A stretch of DNA of 48,512 nucleotides from an uncultured Leptospirales bacterium (GTDB lineage Bacteria; Spirochaetota; UBA4802; UBA5550), in contig CAZEPS010000004.1 of assembly GCA_964514165.1 (NCBI GenBank), forward strand, positions 1 through 48,512. Reading direction: 5' to 3'. The notes under the pieces were generated by a model. It did not search any database and was not told the DNA's origin. It saw only the letters and a list, made by a program, of their open reading frames with translations. Shown here piece by piece: positions 38,567 to 48,512 of the stretch. The first letter of the stretch is position 1; each line of letters opens with the position of its first letter. Position numbers and translations under genes: made by a program.

Positions 38567-40579
38567 TTACTTCTTCCTGACCTTTTCCTTGATCTCGATT
38601 TTTCTTTCCACGTCCAGCATCTGATCCCGGAGTACCGCGGCCCGTTCAAAATCAAGATCATCGGCCGCCTTCATCATGTCATCCTTCAGCCTCGCCGCCA
38701 GTTCTTTCATGTCATTGACATCGCTGCTCCTGTATTCCGAGGTATAATCGGCTGCCAGGCTGAGGAACTTATTATCATTCAGGTACTGCCGTTCAATGAT
38801 ATCAACGACGTCCTTCTTAATCGATTCAGGATGTATCCCGTGCTTCACATTGTATTCATCCTGGATAACCCGCCGGCGTTCTGTTTCCTTGAGGGCGGCC
38901 CGGATCGAATCGGTCATGACGTCGGCGTACATGATGACGGTCCCGTTTATGTTCCGTGCTGCCCGCCCGGCAGTCTGTATCAGTGATCGTGTCGACCGGA
39001 GGAACCCCTCCTTGTCAGCGTCCAGTATCGCAACCAGCGACACCTCGGGGATGTCGAGTCCCTCCCGGAGGAGATTTATCCCGATGAGGCAGTCGAAATC
39101 CCCCTTCCTGAGATCGCGAATTATCTCCACCCTCTCGATGGTGTCAATCTCGGAGTGAAGGTACCGGGCCTTGATCCCCACCTCATCGAAATACTCGGTG
39201 AGATCCTCAGCCATCTTCTTGGTCAGGGTCGTGACCAGGACCCGTTCCTTCAGCTGGGCCCGGAGATTCACCTCCTTGATGAGATCGTCAACCTGGTGCT
39301 CGGCCGGCCGCACCTCGATGACCGGGTCCAGTAGGCCGGTGGGACGGATGACCTGTTCCACGACACTGGAACTTTTTTCGAGTTCGTATTCGCCTGGGGT
39401 TGCTGACACGAAGACCGCCTGGTCAATGATATTTTCGAACTCTTTGAAATAGAGGGGCCTGTTGTCAAGGGCGGAAGGGAGGCGGAATCCGTATTCAACC
39501 AGGTTCATCTTGCGGGAACGGTCGCCCTCGTACATTCCCCGCACCTGGGGAAGGGTCACGTGGGACTCGTCCACGAACATCATGTAGTTGCCCTTGAAAT
39601 AATCGAGGAGGCACGCCGGCCGGTCGCCCTCTTTTCTCCTGCTGATTATCCTCGAATAGTTTTCTATGCCGCTGCAGTACCCAACCTCCATCAGCATTTC
39701 CATGTCATATCGGGTCCTGGATTCGAGTCTCTGGGCCTCGACAAGCTTGTTTTCCTTTTTCAAAATTTCCAGCCGCTCCTCGAGTTCCTTCTCGATCATT
39801 TCAACGGTCGTTTTCATCTCTTCCGGTGAGAATATAAAATGTTTTGCCGGATAAATGAGGCAGCTCCTTACTTCGCCAATACTATTGCTTGTCATCGGGT
39901 TAATCACGGATATCCGGTCTATCTCGTCGCCGAAAAATTCTATCCTGAAGGCGATATCGCTCTGGTATGCGGGAAACACCTCCACCACGTCTCCCCGCAC
40001 CCGTATGGTTCCTCTTATGAAAGAAATATCGTTCCGCTCGTAATATATCGAGACAAGTTTCCTCAAAAGGCCGTCGCGGTCCAGTGTATCGCCGGTCTTA
40101 ATCAGGATATGGGACTTCTCAAAGTTCTCCGGGCTCCCCAGGCCGTAGATGCAGGACACTGATGATACGACGATAACGTCATTTCGGTCAAGGATGGATG
40201 AGGTCGCCTTGAGCCTGAGACGGTCTATCTCATCGTTTATCGTCGCGTCCTTTTCAATATACAAATCAGAAGAGATAACATACGCCTCAGGCTGGTAGTA
40301 ATCGTAATAGGAGACGAAGTATTCGACGGCGTTCTCCGGGAAGAAATCCTTGAATTCACGGTAGAGCTGGGCAGCCAGTGTCTTGTTATGGGTCAGAACC
40401 AGGGACGGTTTCTGGACCCTTTCAATGACCTTCGCCATGGTATAGGTTTTCCCTGAGCCGGTGACACCGAGGAGGGTCTGGAACCGCTCCCCTTTCTGAA
40501 TACCATCTGCGAGACTGGCAATGGCGTTATCCTGATCCCCGGATGGTTTGAATTGTGATATGACTTTAAATTTCGGCAT
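38567..40579 (-). CDS. uvrB: Excinuclease ABC subunit B
   Basis: [36 protein letters not shown]-terminal UVR domain. Confidence 0.98.
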   Translation of the reverse strand: MPKFKVISQFKPSGDQDNAIASLADGIQKGERFQTLLGVTGSGKTYTMAKVIERVQKPSLVLTHNKTLAAQLYREFKDFFPENAVEYFVSYYDYYQPEAYVISSDLYIEKDATINDEIDRLRLKATSSILDRNDVIVVSSVSCIYGLGSPENFEKSHILIKTGDTLDRDGLLRKLVSIYYERNDISFIRGTIRVRGDVVEVFPAYQSDIAFRIEFFGDEIDRISVINPMTSNSIGEVRSCLIYPAKHFIFSPEEMKTTVEMIEKELEERLEILKKENKLVEAQRLESRTRYDMEMLMEVGYCSGIENYSRIISRRKEGDRPACLLDYFKGNYMMFVDESHVTLPQVRGMYEGDRSRKMNLVEYGFRLPSALDNRPLYFKEFENIIDQAVFVSATPGEYELEKSSSVVEQVIRPTGLLDPVIEVRPAEHQVDDLIKEVNLRAQLKERVLVTTLTKKMAEDLTEYFDEVGIKARYLHSEIDTIERVEIIRDLRKGDFDCLIGINLLREGLDIPEVSLVAILDADKEGFLRSTRSLIQTAGRAARNINGTVIMYADVMTDSIRAALKETERRRVIQDEYNVKHGIHPESIKKDVVDIIERQYLNDNKFLSLAADYTSEYRSSDVNDMKELAARLKDDMMKAADDLDFERAAVLRDQMLDVERKIEIKEKVRKK

Positions 40580-40685
40580 GTCGTTACCTGTTATATCCTG
40601 ATAATCCGGCAGAGGTTGCCGGTCAAATATTTTATCCTGATTCTAATGAATAATTCCGTAGAACCAATATAAACGCAAACCTCAA

Positions 40686-40792
40686 GGTAACCTCTATTAA
40701 TTATACAAGAGGTCCCCTTTGAGTACGTATTATGGCTTAAATTTGATTCAGCCTTGATTAATCAAGGCTGAATCAAATTGTTAGCTGCACCC
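40686..40792. repeat. Bipartite inverted-repeat element, locus C, with perfect 40-bp palindrome (40740-40779)
   Basis: About 85% identical to 12783-12891; palindrome AATTTGATTCAGCCTTGATTAATCAAGGCTGAATCAAATT. Confidence 0.85.
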
Positions 40793-40901
40793 GTATTTTT
40801 AACCATAACCCGTTATCAAAATATTGACACAATGGTATGATTAATAAAACTGTTGAAAAAAAAAGCTCGAGTTAGTAAAAGATTGTAAAGGATCATGAAT
40901 C

Positions 40902-41555
40902 ATGAAAGAATTAATCGGTATCCTCACGGAAAACAGTGAATTGCTCGAAGACTTCAAATCTAATTACGCGGGTTCAGCTGTTGTCAGCTTCAAGTCTTTT
41001 GATTCAATCAGAAGGGATGATTTCACCCTCTTTGCCATAGACAGTGAACTATTTGATTCCGTTGATCTCATCCAGTTCTATTTGTCAAAAATCAGAAAAA
41101 AAATACAGGACACACCGGTAATACTGATCCTGAAGATAAACATACTCAATGAATTGAAATGGGACTGGTTTTTCGACGACTTCATCCTCTACCCATTCCG
41201 AAAAGGAGAACTATCCTCCAGAATACAAAAACTGCATATCGAGAAGGGCATCAGCGGGGATAACATCCTGATTATTGGACATCTGAAACTTAATCTCAGT
41301 GAATACACTGCGTACCATAAAAATACCAGGCTCGAATTAACCTACAAGGAATTCGAACTCCTCAGGCTTCTTATACAGAACAGGGGGGTCGTCTTCTCGC
41401 GGAAAGATCTCCTGAACAAGATATGGGGCATGGAGTACATCGGCGGCACCCGGACCGTCGACGTACATATACGGCGGCTCAGGGGAAAACTCGGCGATGA
41501 ATTCAACTCAATTATCGAAACGGTCCGAAATGTCGGGTACCGTTGCATAGAATAA
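40902..41555 (+). CDS. OmpR/PhoB-family regulator with atypical receiver domain
   Basis: C-terminal wHTH LTYKEFELL...RTVDVHIRRLRGKL...TVRNVGY; degenerate N-terminal receiver. Confidence 0.9.
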   Translation: MKELIGILTENSELLEDFKSNYAGSAVVSFKSFDSIRRDDFTLFAIDSELFDSVDLIQFYLSKIRKKIQDTPVILILKINILNELKWDWFFDDFILYPFRKGELSSRIQKLHIEKGISGDNILIIGHLKLNLSEYTAYHKNTRLELTYKEFELLRLLIQNRGVVFSRKDLLNKIWGMEYIGGTRTVDVHIRRLRGKLGDEFNSIIETVRNVGYRCIE

Positions 41556-41669
41556 TGCGCAATGAAAATTACTTGCTATTTTACTCTGCAATTCTTATTG
41601 TTGTACGCTACTTCTTACGAAGAATACCCCCTTCCATTACAAAAAAATTGAATCTTTGAGAGGACTCGA

Positions 41670-42152
41670 ATGAGCAAGGAAAAGAAAATCGAACGGATTC
41701 TTGAAGTGGCCCTGAATGACGAACTGGAAGAATATGAACTGCTTGTGAAGCAATTAAAGAAACAACTCCCCCTTTTCAACGGCGCCAAGAGGATTGCCGC
41801 GGCGGTCATGAAAGAATACCTCGGCGATATATCCAGACTTGACACCAGCGGAATTACCAAACAAAAGAAAGAAAAGGGCACGGTTGTTTTCGAGGATGTC
41901 AAGGACGGCAGAGTTCGCCTATTCATCAATATCGGGAAAAATCACAATATATCGACAGGTGACCTCATACGGGAAATTGTAAAAAAATCCGGTATAGACG
42001 GGAAGCTCATCGGAAAAATCGACATTCACCCGACCTACTCATTCTTTGAGATTCCGGAGCAGTACGGGGAACTGGTCCTCCATTCCTTTGAAAACGCCCG
42101 GATGAAGGGGATAATCGTCGTGGTGGAACCGGCAAAACGGAAGAAAAAATAG
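41670..42152 (+). CDS. Stand-alone DbpA RNA-binding-domain protein
   Basis: RLFINIGK...IGKIDIHPTYSFFEIP matches the DeaD/DbpA C-terminal RRM; no helicase core. Confidence 0.85.
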   Translation: MSKEKKIERILEVALNDELEEYELLVKQLKKQLPLFNGAKRIAAAVMKEYLGDISRLDTSGITKQKKEKGTVVFEDVKDGRVRLFINIGKNHNISTGDLIREIVKKSGIDGKLIGKIDIHPTYSFFEIPEQYGELVLHSFENARMKGIIVVVEPAKRKKK

Positions 42153-42170
42153 AATCTCAATACAATACTG

Positions 42171-42995
42171 ATGACGCCCCTGAACGAATGCCCATTCTGC
42201 AAAACCGAACGGCATTCCGTTGCCATAACCGGCAAACTGAAATACTGCACTACCTGCCATATCGTATATAACACTGATCCTGACATTCTCAAATATAATG
42301 ACTCCTATTTTCTCGACGAATACCGGGAACAGTACGGTAAGACCTACCAGGAGGATTTTGATACGATCTACGGGTTAGCCGGAGAGAGGCTTTTCCGTAT
42401 TATTAACATTCTCGGAAGAGATTTTGCCGTTTCTGAAATATCGCTTCTTGATGTCGGTTCCGCTTTGGGATTTTTCCTGAAAAGCGCCATGGATTCCGGT
42501 ATACGAAACGTGACAGGAATCGAGATTTCTGAATATGCGGCCGATTACACCGAAAAGAACTACAACATTCACGTTATCAATGAGCCGTTCAATTCGAATC
42601 TGCTGGCCCCCTCTTTTTCGGTCATAACCGCCTGGTATTTCATCGAACACCTGACGGATCCCCTTGAGGCAATTCAGTCCATATATCATCACCTGGAAGC
42701 AGGGGGTGTCTTCGCGTGCTCCGTTCCAGCACTCGGCCCCCTGTACCACTGCGATCAAGATGACTGGATATCCTCCCGGCCCGGGGATCACCGGACAGAT
42801 TTCACCCGGAAGGGGATAAAAAAGATTCTAAAAAAAGCCGGCTTTAAAAAAATTATCGTCAGGGCGGCGGGGTTTCACCCGGAGCGGATTCTGAATACAA
42901 CGAATCCGTTTTTTCCGGTATTCGTCCCCCTCTACAGGCTCTTCACCCGCCTGACCGCCTATTCAGATACCATCGAGGTGTACGCAAAGAAATGA
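42171..42995 (+). CDS. Class I SAM-dependent methyltransferase with N-terminal Cys motifs
   Basis: LLDVGSALG, GIEIS, FIEHL; CPFC...CTTC. Confidence 0.9.
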   Translation: MTPLNECPFCKTERHSVAITGKLKYCTTCHIVYNTDPDILKYNDSYFLDEYREQYGKTYQEDFDTIYGLAGERLFRIINILGRDFAVSEISLLDVGSALGFFLKSAMDSGIRNVTGIEISEYAADYTEKNYNIHVINEPFNSNLLAPSFSVITAWYFIEHLTDPLEAIQSIYHHLEAGGVFACSVPALGPLYHCDQDDWISSRPGDHRTDFTRKGIKKILKKAGFKKIIVRAAGFHPERILNTTNPFFPVFVPLYRLFTRLTAYSDTIEVYAKK

Positions 42996-43582
42996 TTATC
43001 CCCGAATACTACTCCATCCTCGGCGTGGGGCCGGACTCGTCCCCGGAGGAGGTCCGGCGAGCGTATCACACACTGGCAAAGGAAAACCACCCCGACCTCT
43101 TCCCGGAAGAAGAACGGCCTGTCCAGCACCTTCGGATGATGAAAATCAACGAGGCCTATATCGGACTGGCCTCCGCCAGGGAACAGTTCAGGGAACAGGG
43201 GGCAGATGTTGATACCGCCCCTGTGCCCCCCGGTGAGAGTGACGAACCGTCGTTCAGGGTCGGAAGCCCAACGGATCAGGCAAACGTTTATTACAGGCAG
43301 GGATTCGACTACTACATGACCGGGCAAAGGGTGTTTCACAAGCGGTTTTCCATACAGGAACCGGACCGGATACGAAACATCCTGAATTACCGGAAGGGAA
43401 TTCTCAACCTGGCAGTAACGGCCCTGCAGAATTTTTCCCGGTCCTATTCCTGCTTTCTCCAGGTGGTCAACGAGTTCCCGGACAGCATGTGGGCGGATGA
43501 CGCCAGGGAGAAACTGGGTACCCTGGAAAAGTTCAACCAGGTTTACCAGAAGATCTGCGAAAATCTCGGCGGAAATGATTAG
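42992..43582 (+). CDS. J-domain (DnaJ-like) protein
   Basis: YYSILGV...RRAYHTLAKENHPD...INEAY; helical C-terminus. Confidence 0.88.
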   Translation: MIIPEYYSILGVGPDSSPEEVRRAYHTLAKENHPDLFPEEERPVQHLRMMKINEAYIGLASAREQFREQGADVDTAPVPPGESDEPSFRVGSPTDQANVYYRQGFDYYMTGQRVFHKRFSIQEPDRIRNILNYRKGILNLAVTALQNFSRSYSCFLQVVNEFPDSMWADDAREKLGTLEKFNQVYQKICENLGGND

Positions 43583-43585
43583 AAG

Positions 43586-46012
43586 CTATATGTAAATATC
43601 CCGGGGCTTGCTCCCCTGCTGGGGTCCCACATACCCGAGCTCCTCCATCTGCTCGATAATCCTGGCGGCCCGGTTGTACCCGATGCTCAGTCTCCGCTGA
43701 AGGTACGACGCCGAGGCCTTCCGCGTCTCCTCCACGATTTTAAGGGCCTCGGTGAAGAGCTCATCCCCGTTGCCGTCGACGCCGTTTTCACCCTCGTCAT
43801 TGAAGAGGCTCTCCTCGATATCGATGTAGTCGGGTTCCGCGTACTGGCTGCAGTGCTTCACCACCTGAATGATCTCATCCTCCGAAATGTATGCCCCCTG
43901 GATACGGATCGGGTATGAGCTCGACGGGGAGAGGTAGAGCATGTCCCCTTTGCCGAGGAGCTTCTCCGCCCCGTTCTGATCGATGATCGTCCGGGAATCG
44001 GTTTTCTGGGCCACCTGGAATGCGATGCGGGCCGGGAAGTTCGCCTTGATGATGCCGGTGATGATGTCCACTGAGGGCCGCTGGGTCGCGATGACCAGGT
44101 GTATCCCCACTGCCCGGGCCTTCTGGGCTATGCGGGTAATGTATCCTTCAATCTCCTTGGAGGCTACCATCATCAGGTCCGCGAGCTCGTCGATGATGAT
44201 TACGATGAAGGGGAGCTTCTCGATATCTTTGGAAATCAGATCAGCCTTTTCGTTGTACCGGTCGATGTCCCTGGTGTTCATCCGGGAGAGGAGCCGGTAC
44301 CGCCGGTCCATCTCGTACATGGCCCATTTCAGGGCATTCGGCGCCACCGAGGGTTCGATGATGACCGGGGTAAGGAGGTGGGGGAGCCCGTTATAGAGCT
44401 GGAGCTCCACCATCTTCGGATCCACCATGATGAACCTGACATAGTTCGGGTCGTAGTTGTAAATCAGGCTGGTGATAATGCCATTCACGCACACGGACTT
44501 TCCCGCGCCGGTGGCCCCGGCGATCAGAAGATGGGGAAGTTTTTTCAGATCGAGCATGATCGGGGTGCCGAGGATGTCCTTGCCGAGGCCGACCTTCAGT
44601 TTTCCCAGGTGAGACTGGTAGGAGCTGTTCATGATGATGTCACCCAGAGTGACCGACTCACGCTCGCTGTTCGGTATCTCCACCCCGATGGCGGATTTCC
44701 CCGGTATGGGGGCGACTATCCTGACCCGGTAGGCTGCCAGGGCCATGGCGATGTCATCGGCGAGTCCCACTATCCGGTTCACCTTGATGCCCGGGGCAAT
44801 CTGCACCTCGTAGAGGGTGACCACCGGCCCCCGGTTCACGTTCACGACCTTTGATTCAATGCCGAAATCGGCCAGGGTATTCACAAGGAGTATGGAATTC
44901 TTTTTGATTTCACTCTTCCAGCTTTCTGCGTCCACGGTCTTTGACACGTAAAGAAATGAAACCGGTATGATATATTCCTCGTTAATCGGAATTTCCGTGT
45001 ACAGGGTCTCCAGTTCGTCATCCTCCTGTTCACTGACCGCTTCCACCTCGATAAAGTTTTCCTCCTCGTCGTCGCTCAGATCGACGACCTCTTCCTTTCG
45101 CCTGGCAGCACCGTGAACCGGTCCCGGCGTATCCCCGTCGTTATCAATGATATCCTCCTCCGTATCAATGTCATCAAAACCGGAATCATCAAGGTGAGTA
45201 TCGCAACCAGGCTCCTCGTAGCCGATGTATTCACTGCTTTCCTTCCGGTCATAGGGGAGCTGGTCCTGTTCCCCGGCTCCATTACCGTCATGCTCCAGGG
45301 CCAGCTGCAGGTATTCCCGTGCGCTCCGGGTATTGTCAAGGGGGACCTCTGATTCATAGATCAGTATCCTTTTCTTCTCTATCCAGGGGAGTCTGTTGTT
45401 TCTTTTTTTCTCAGTCTTAATCAGGCTCTCTTCTATTGTATTAAGGGGCGTCTTTTTACCGAAAAATTTTTCCCGAAGATTCTTCATTCCGACCAGCACT
45501 CCTCCCGCGTCTTTTGTCCTGTCAAGTAGAGTATTGATGGAGACGATACCGAGGAGTATCATCCCGATGACATTTACCATTATGATTACCAGGTATGCCC
45601 CGACCCCGCCGAAAAGGGAAAGGCTCAAAGAAAGAATATAGTGCCCGACGATTCCTCCTGACCGCTGGTACACGTCCTGGCTGAGCCCGGCCGCCAGGGC
45701 GGACAGGGTTAACAGTAAAAACAACAGGGCGATCACCTGGCCGGTTATCTCGTCTCTCCCGGTTCCCCGGATAATTGAAATTCCAAGAAACAGAAAAATT
45801 AATGAAAACAGGTACGACACCATGCCGAAACCGGCCCTGCCGTAATGGCTTACCAGCGCGCCGAATGAACCGATGAGATTATGGATCTTGCTTCCCTGGA
45901 ACAGCCTGGCAAAATCGCTGTCAGTATAGCTGATAATCGCGAGAAAGAGGATAATCGACAGGAGAAAGAGTACTACCCCCGAGACCTCGCGATATTGTAT
46001 TTTCCTGAACAA
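43586..46012 (-). CDS. ftsK: DNA translocase FtsK/SpoIIIE
   Basis: 4TM N-terminus, acidic linker, GATGAGKS, IIDELADLM, ATQRPS, gamma domain LQRRLSIGYNRAAR. Confidence 0.97.
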   Translation of the reverse strand: MFRKIQYREVSGVVLFLLSIILFLAIISYTDSDFARLFQGSKIHNLIGSFGALVSHYGRAGFGMVSYLFSLIFLFLGISIIRGTGRDEITGQVIALLFLLLTLSALAAGLSQDVYQRSGGIVGHYILSLSLSLFGGVGAYLVIIMVNVIGMILLGIVSINTLLDRTKDAGGVLVGMKNLREKFFGKKTPLNTIEESLIKTEKKRNNRLPWIEKKRILIYESEVPLDNTRSAREYLQLALEHDGNGAGEQDQLPYDRKESSEYIGYEEPGCDTHLDDSGFDDIDTEEDIIDNDGDTPGPVHGAARRKEEVVDLSDDEEENFIEVEAVSEQEDDELETLYTEIPINEEYIIPVSFLYVSKTVDAESWKSEIKKNSILLVNTLADFGIESKVVNVNRGPVVTLYEVQIAPGIKVNRIVGLADDIAMALAAYRVRIVAPIPGKSAIGVEIPNSERESVTLGDIIMNSSYQSHLGKLKVGLGKDILGTPIMLDLKKLPHLLIAGATGAGKSVCVNGIITSLIYNYDPNYVRFIMVDPKMVELQLYNGLPHLLTPVIIEPSVAPNALKWAMYEMDRRYRLLSRMNTRDIDRYNEKADLISKDIEKLPFIVIIIDELADLMMVASKEIEGYITRIAQKARAVGIHLVIATQRPSVDIITGIIKANFPARIAFQVAQKTDSRTIIDQNGAEKLLGKGDMLYLSPSSSYPIRIQGAYISEDEIIQVVKHCSQYAEPDYIDIEESLFNDEGENGVDGNGDELFTEALKIVEETRKASASYLQRRLSIGYNRAARIIEQMEELGYVGPQQGSKPRDIYI

Positions 46013-46058
46013 GCTGTTCTCCTGAAAGTCAATGAAATGACAGGGCAGTCAGAGCGGT

Positions 46059-46892
46059 TTAGAAGAGAAACAGTATTCCCAGGCCGATCAACCCGAGGAG
46101 AATCGTGTATATCCCGAACAGGTGTATCCGGTGAACCAGGAGCATCAGTACCTTAATAGCAACCAGTGCAACCAGAACCGTAAAAATCATTCCCAGGGCC
46201 AGGGGTGCCATGAGTTCGGCCGGGAAAACGGTCCTGCTCGCCTTAACCCCTTCGAAAAGCCCGGCACCGAAAATCACCGGCACCGCCATGAGAAAGGAAA
46301 ACCGCGCCGCTTCAACCGGCACCAGCCTGTTAAACATTCCCCCCGCTATGGTCGACCCTGATCGGGAAATTCCGGGCATGATAGCCAGGGCCTGGAAAAA
46401 ACCTATCGTTATCACTCTGAGTAGACCCGTCTCTTCTATATTTCGGTCTCCCGGGGGTATTTTTTTAGTAGCAAGAAGGATAAATCCGTTTATTATCAGC
46501 ATAATGAACGCGGAAGCGGCCGAATTGAACATTTCCACGAAAAAATCGTGCAAGATAAACCCGATAACCGCGGCCGGTATCGAGGCAACGATGATGTACA
46601 GGGCAATCCTGAATTCCTTTAACCTGAAATTCCATTGAACCAGGCCGGTAAAAAATCCGGCTGTCAGGCTGACAATGTCCCGAAAAAAATAGATAACCAC
46701 CGCGGCCAGGGTCGCCATGTGAAGCGCCACGTTTATGAAGAGGTTCATGCTCTCCCCGAGGCGGGAGAGTTCACCCTTGATAAAGGGGATCTGCTCGAGA
46801 ATCACCAGGTGCCCTGAAGAGGAAATCGGCAGGAATTCCGTTACCCCCTGTACCCCGCCCAGAAGAAGTAAAATCCAGTAGAGATTATTCAT
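46059..46892 (-). CDS. uppP: Undecaprenyl-diphosphate phosphatase
   Basis: QGVTEFLPISSSGH, PGISRSG, ARFSFL. Confidence 0.96.
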   Translation of the reverse strand: MNNLYWILLLLGGVQGVTEFLPISSSGHLVILEQIPFIKGELSRLGESMNLFINVALHMATLAAVVIYFFRDIVSLTAGFFTGLVQWNFRLKEFRIALYIIVASIPAAVIGFILHDFFVEMFNSAASAFIMLIINGFILLATKKIPPGDRNIEETGLLRVITIGFFQALAIMPGISRSGSTIAGGMFNRLVPVEAARFSFLMAVPVIFGAGLFEGVKASRTVFPAELMAPLALGMIFTVLVALVAIKVLMLLVHRIHLFGIYTILLGLIGLGILFLF

Positions 46893-46895
46893 TTT

Positions 46896-48512
46896 TTATA
46901 CCCTGAGAACCTGCACATCCACCAGGGGATAGCGTTTAATCTGCCGCGATACGAGGTTTTTCACGCCCCGGGCAATTTCATTTCGTATCGTGTCAACGTC
47001 ACTGTTATTGCCGAGCATCTTGTTTATCCTCTCCTCCACGTCCCTGGTAATGTTTCTGATGATCGTATCGTCGCTTCCGACAAAACCCCGGGAGAACACC
47101 TCCGGCTGCCGCATGAGCATCCCTTCTGCGATAACGATAGTGACGATAACTATCCCGTCCGATGACATGGTATGGCGATCCTTGATAACGCTACTCTCGA
47201 TGTCCCCGGTTTCGGTTCCGTCCACGTATATCTGGGAGAGTTCCAGCTCCCCGACCTTCTTTAGATTCATTTTCGTCAACTCGATGATATCACCCTCGGC
47301 CGCTATGAGGATACGGGATGGTTTTATGTTCAGGGACTCGGCTATGTTTGCGTGGGCCTTGAGGTGCTTGTACTCTCCGTGTATCGGTATGAAAAACTTC
47401 GGCCTGGTCATGGTAATCATCAGTTTCAGCTCCTTGGCGGAGCCGTGGCCGGACACGTGGATTTCGTCTTCCTGGTCATAATGGACTTCGGCCCCGAGGC
47501 TCATGAGGGTGTTGACCACGTTGGTAACCAGGCGTTCGTTCCCGGGGATGACCGACGCGGTGATGATGACCAAGTCCCCCTTCTCGATGATGAAATGGCG
47601 GTGGGTGCCGTTGGCCATCCTGGACAGGGCGGACATCGGTTCCCCCTGGCTCCCGGTGCCGATAACCACGAGTTTCTTGTTCGGCAGGGAGTTCGCCTTC
47701 GGGATGTCCACGATGAGGTCTTTCTTGTAGGTGAGGTACCCGAGTTGTGTGGCCATATCGATGTTCTTCTGCATGGTCAGGCCCGATATGACCACCTTCC
47801 GGTTGAAACGGCCTGCGATATCGAGAATCTGCTGTATCCGGTGAATATTGGACGCGAAACTGGCAACGATGATCCTTCCTTTTGACGCGGAAAAAATCGC
47901 TATCAGCTTGTCAAGGAGCGTGGACTCGGACCTGGTGAAGCCCTCCCGTTCAGCGTTGGTGCTGTCCGACATGAGGAGAAGCACACCCTCCTCACCGTAC
48001 TTCGCGAACCGGTAGATGTCGGTAACCTCGCCGTCCACCGGGGAAAAATCTATCTTGAAATCCCCGGTGTAAATGACCGTGCCTATCTCCGTGGTTATCG
48101 CCAGTGCGGTGCCGTCGCTGATCGAATGGTTCACCTGGAGAAACTCTATAGTGAACGGGCCGATCTCCACCACGTCCCGGGATTGAATCTCGACAAAGTC
48201 TGGCTTTGACCCCGTGGGGCGCTCTTCGAGCCGGTTTTTTATCAGGCCCAGGGTCAGCTTTGTCGCGTATACCGGGACATTGACCTCTTTCAGTAAAAAG
48301 GGTATGGCGCCGATATGGTCCTCATGTCCGTGGGTGACGACTATACCCCGGATTCGGGACCTGTTTTTACGCACGTAGGTCAAATCAGGAATGATGAAAT
48401 CTATCCCCGGTGTCAGCTCATTCGGAAACTTTATACCGCAGTCAATGATGATAATGTCATCACCGAATTCAAAGATAGTCATGTTCTTCCCGATGGCCCC
48501 GAGGCCCCCGAT
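46896..48512 (-). CDS. rnj: Ribonuclease J (5'-truncated by window edge)
   Basis: IGGLGAIGKNM at the window edge, THGHEDHIG, GSQGEP, HVSGH, PIHGE. Confidence 0.96.
   Translation of the reverse strand: MGGLGAIGKNMTIFEFGDDIIIIDCGIKFPNELTPGIDFIIPDLTYVRKNRSRIRGIVVTHGHEDHIGAIPFLLKEVNVPVYATKLTLGLIKNRLEERPTGSKPDFVEIQSRDVVEIGPFTIEFLQVNHSISDGTALAITTEIGTVIYTGDFKIDFSPVDGEVTDIYRFAKYGEEGVLLLMSDSTNAEREGFTRSESTLLDKLIAIFSASKGRIIVASFASNIHRIQQILDIAGRFNRKVVISGLTMQKNIDMATQLGYLTYKKDLIVDIPKANSLPNKKLVVIGTGSQGEPMSALSRMANGTHRHFIIEKGDLVIITASVIPGNERLVTNVVNTLMSLGAEVHYDQEDEIHVSGHGSAKELKLMITMTRPKFFIPIHGEYKHLKAHANIAESLNIKPSRILIAAEGDIIELTKMNLKKVGELELSQIYVDGTETGDIESSVIKDRHTMSSDGIVIVTIVIAEGMLMRQPEVFSRGFVGSDDTIIRNITRDVEERINKMLGNNSDVDTIRNEIARGVKNLVSRQIKRYPLVDVQVLRV

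Overview
This 48.5-kb window is mostly housekeeping bacterial chromosome. Protein styles suggest a Leptospira-related spirochaete, but that is an inference. It contains a complete trpE-trpGD-trpC-trpF-trpB-trpA operon, metY, a GlcD-like FAD oxidoreductase, mtnP, pyrBC, tatD, nadB, nadC, radC, purA, nikR, uvrB, ftsK, uppP, a partial rnj, two tRNAs (Lys-TTT, Glu-TTC), and several signalling or hypothetical genes. I found no transposase, integrase, prophage or CRISPR array. The most interesting signals are non-coding. (1) A 73-bp double-hairpin element bounded by TTAG direct repeats occurs twice. One copy appears to have inserted into the 3' end of trpB, because removing it restores a trpB stop overlapping the trpA ATG. 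(2) A separate family of bipartite inverted-repeat elements occurs at three intergenic loci. Two of them carry perfect loopless 40-42-bp palindromes with compensatory substitutions. (3) An unannotated trp leader peptide with a single Trp codon (MNFDKNHWRT) is followed by a terminator and a possible antiterminator, which looks like a ribosome-mediated attenuator.
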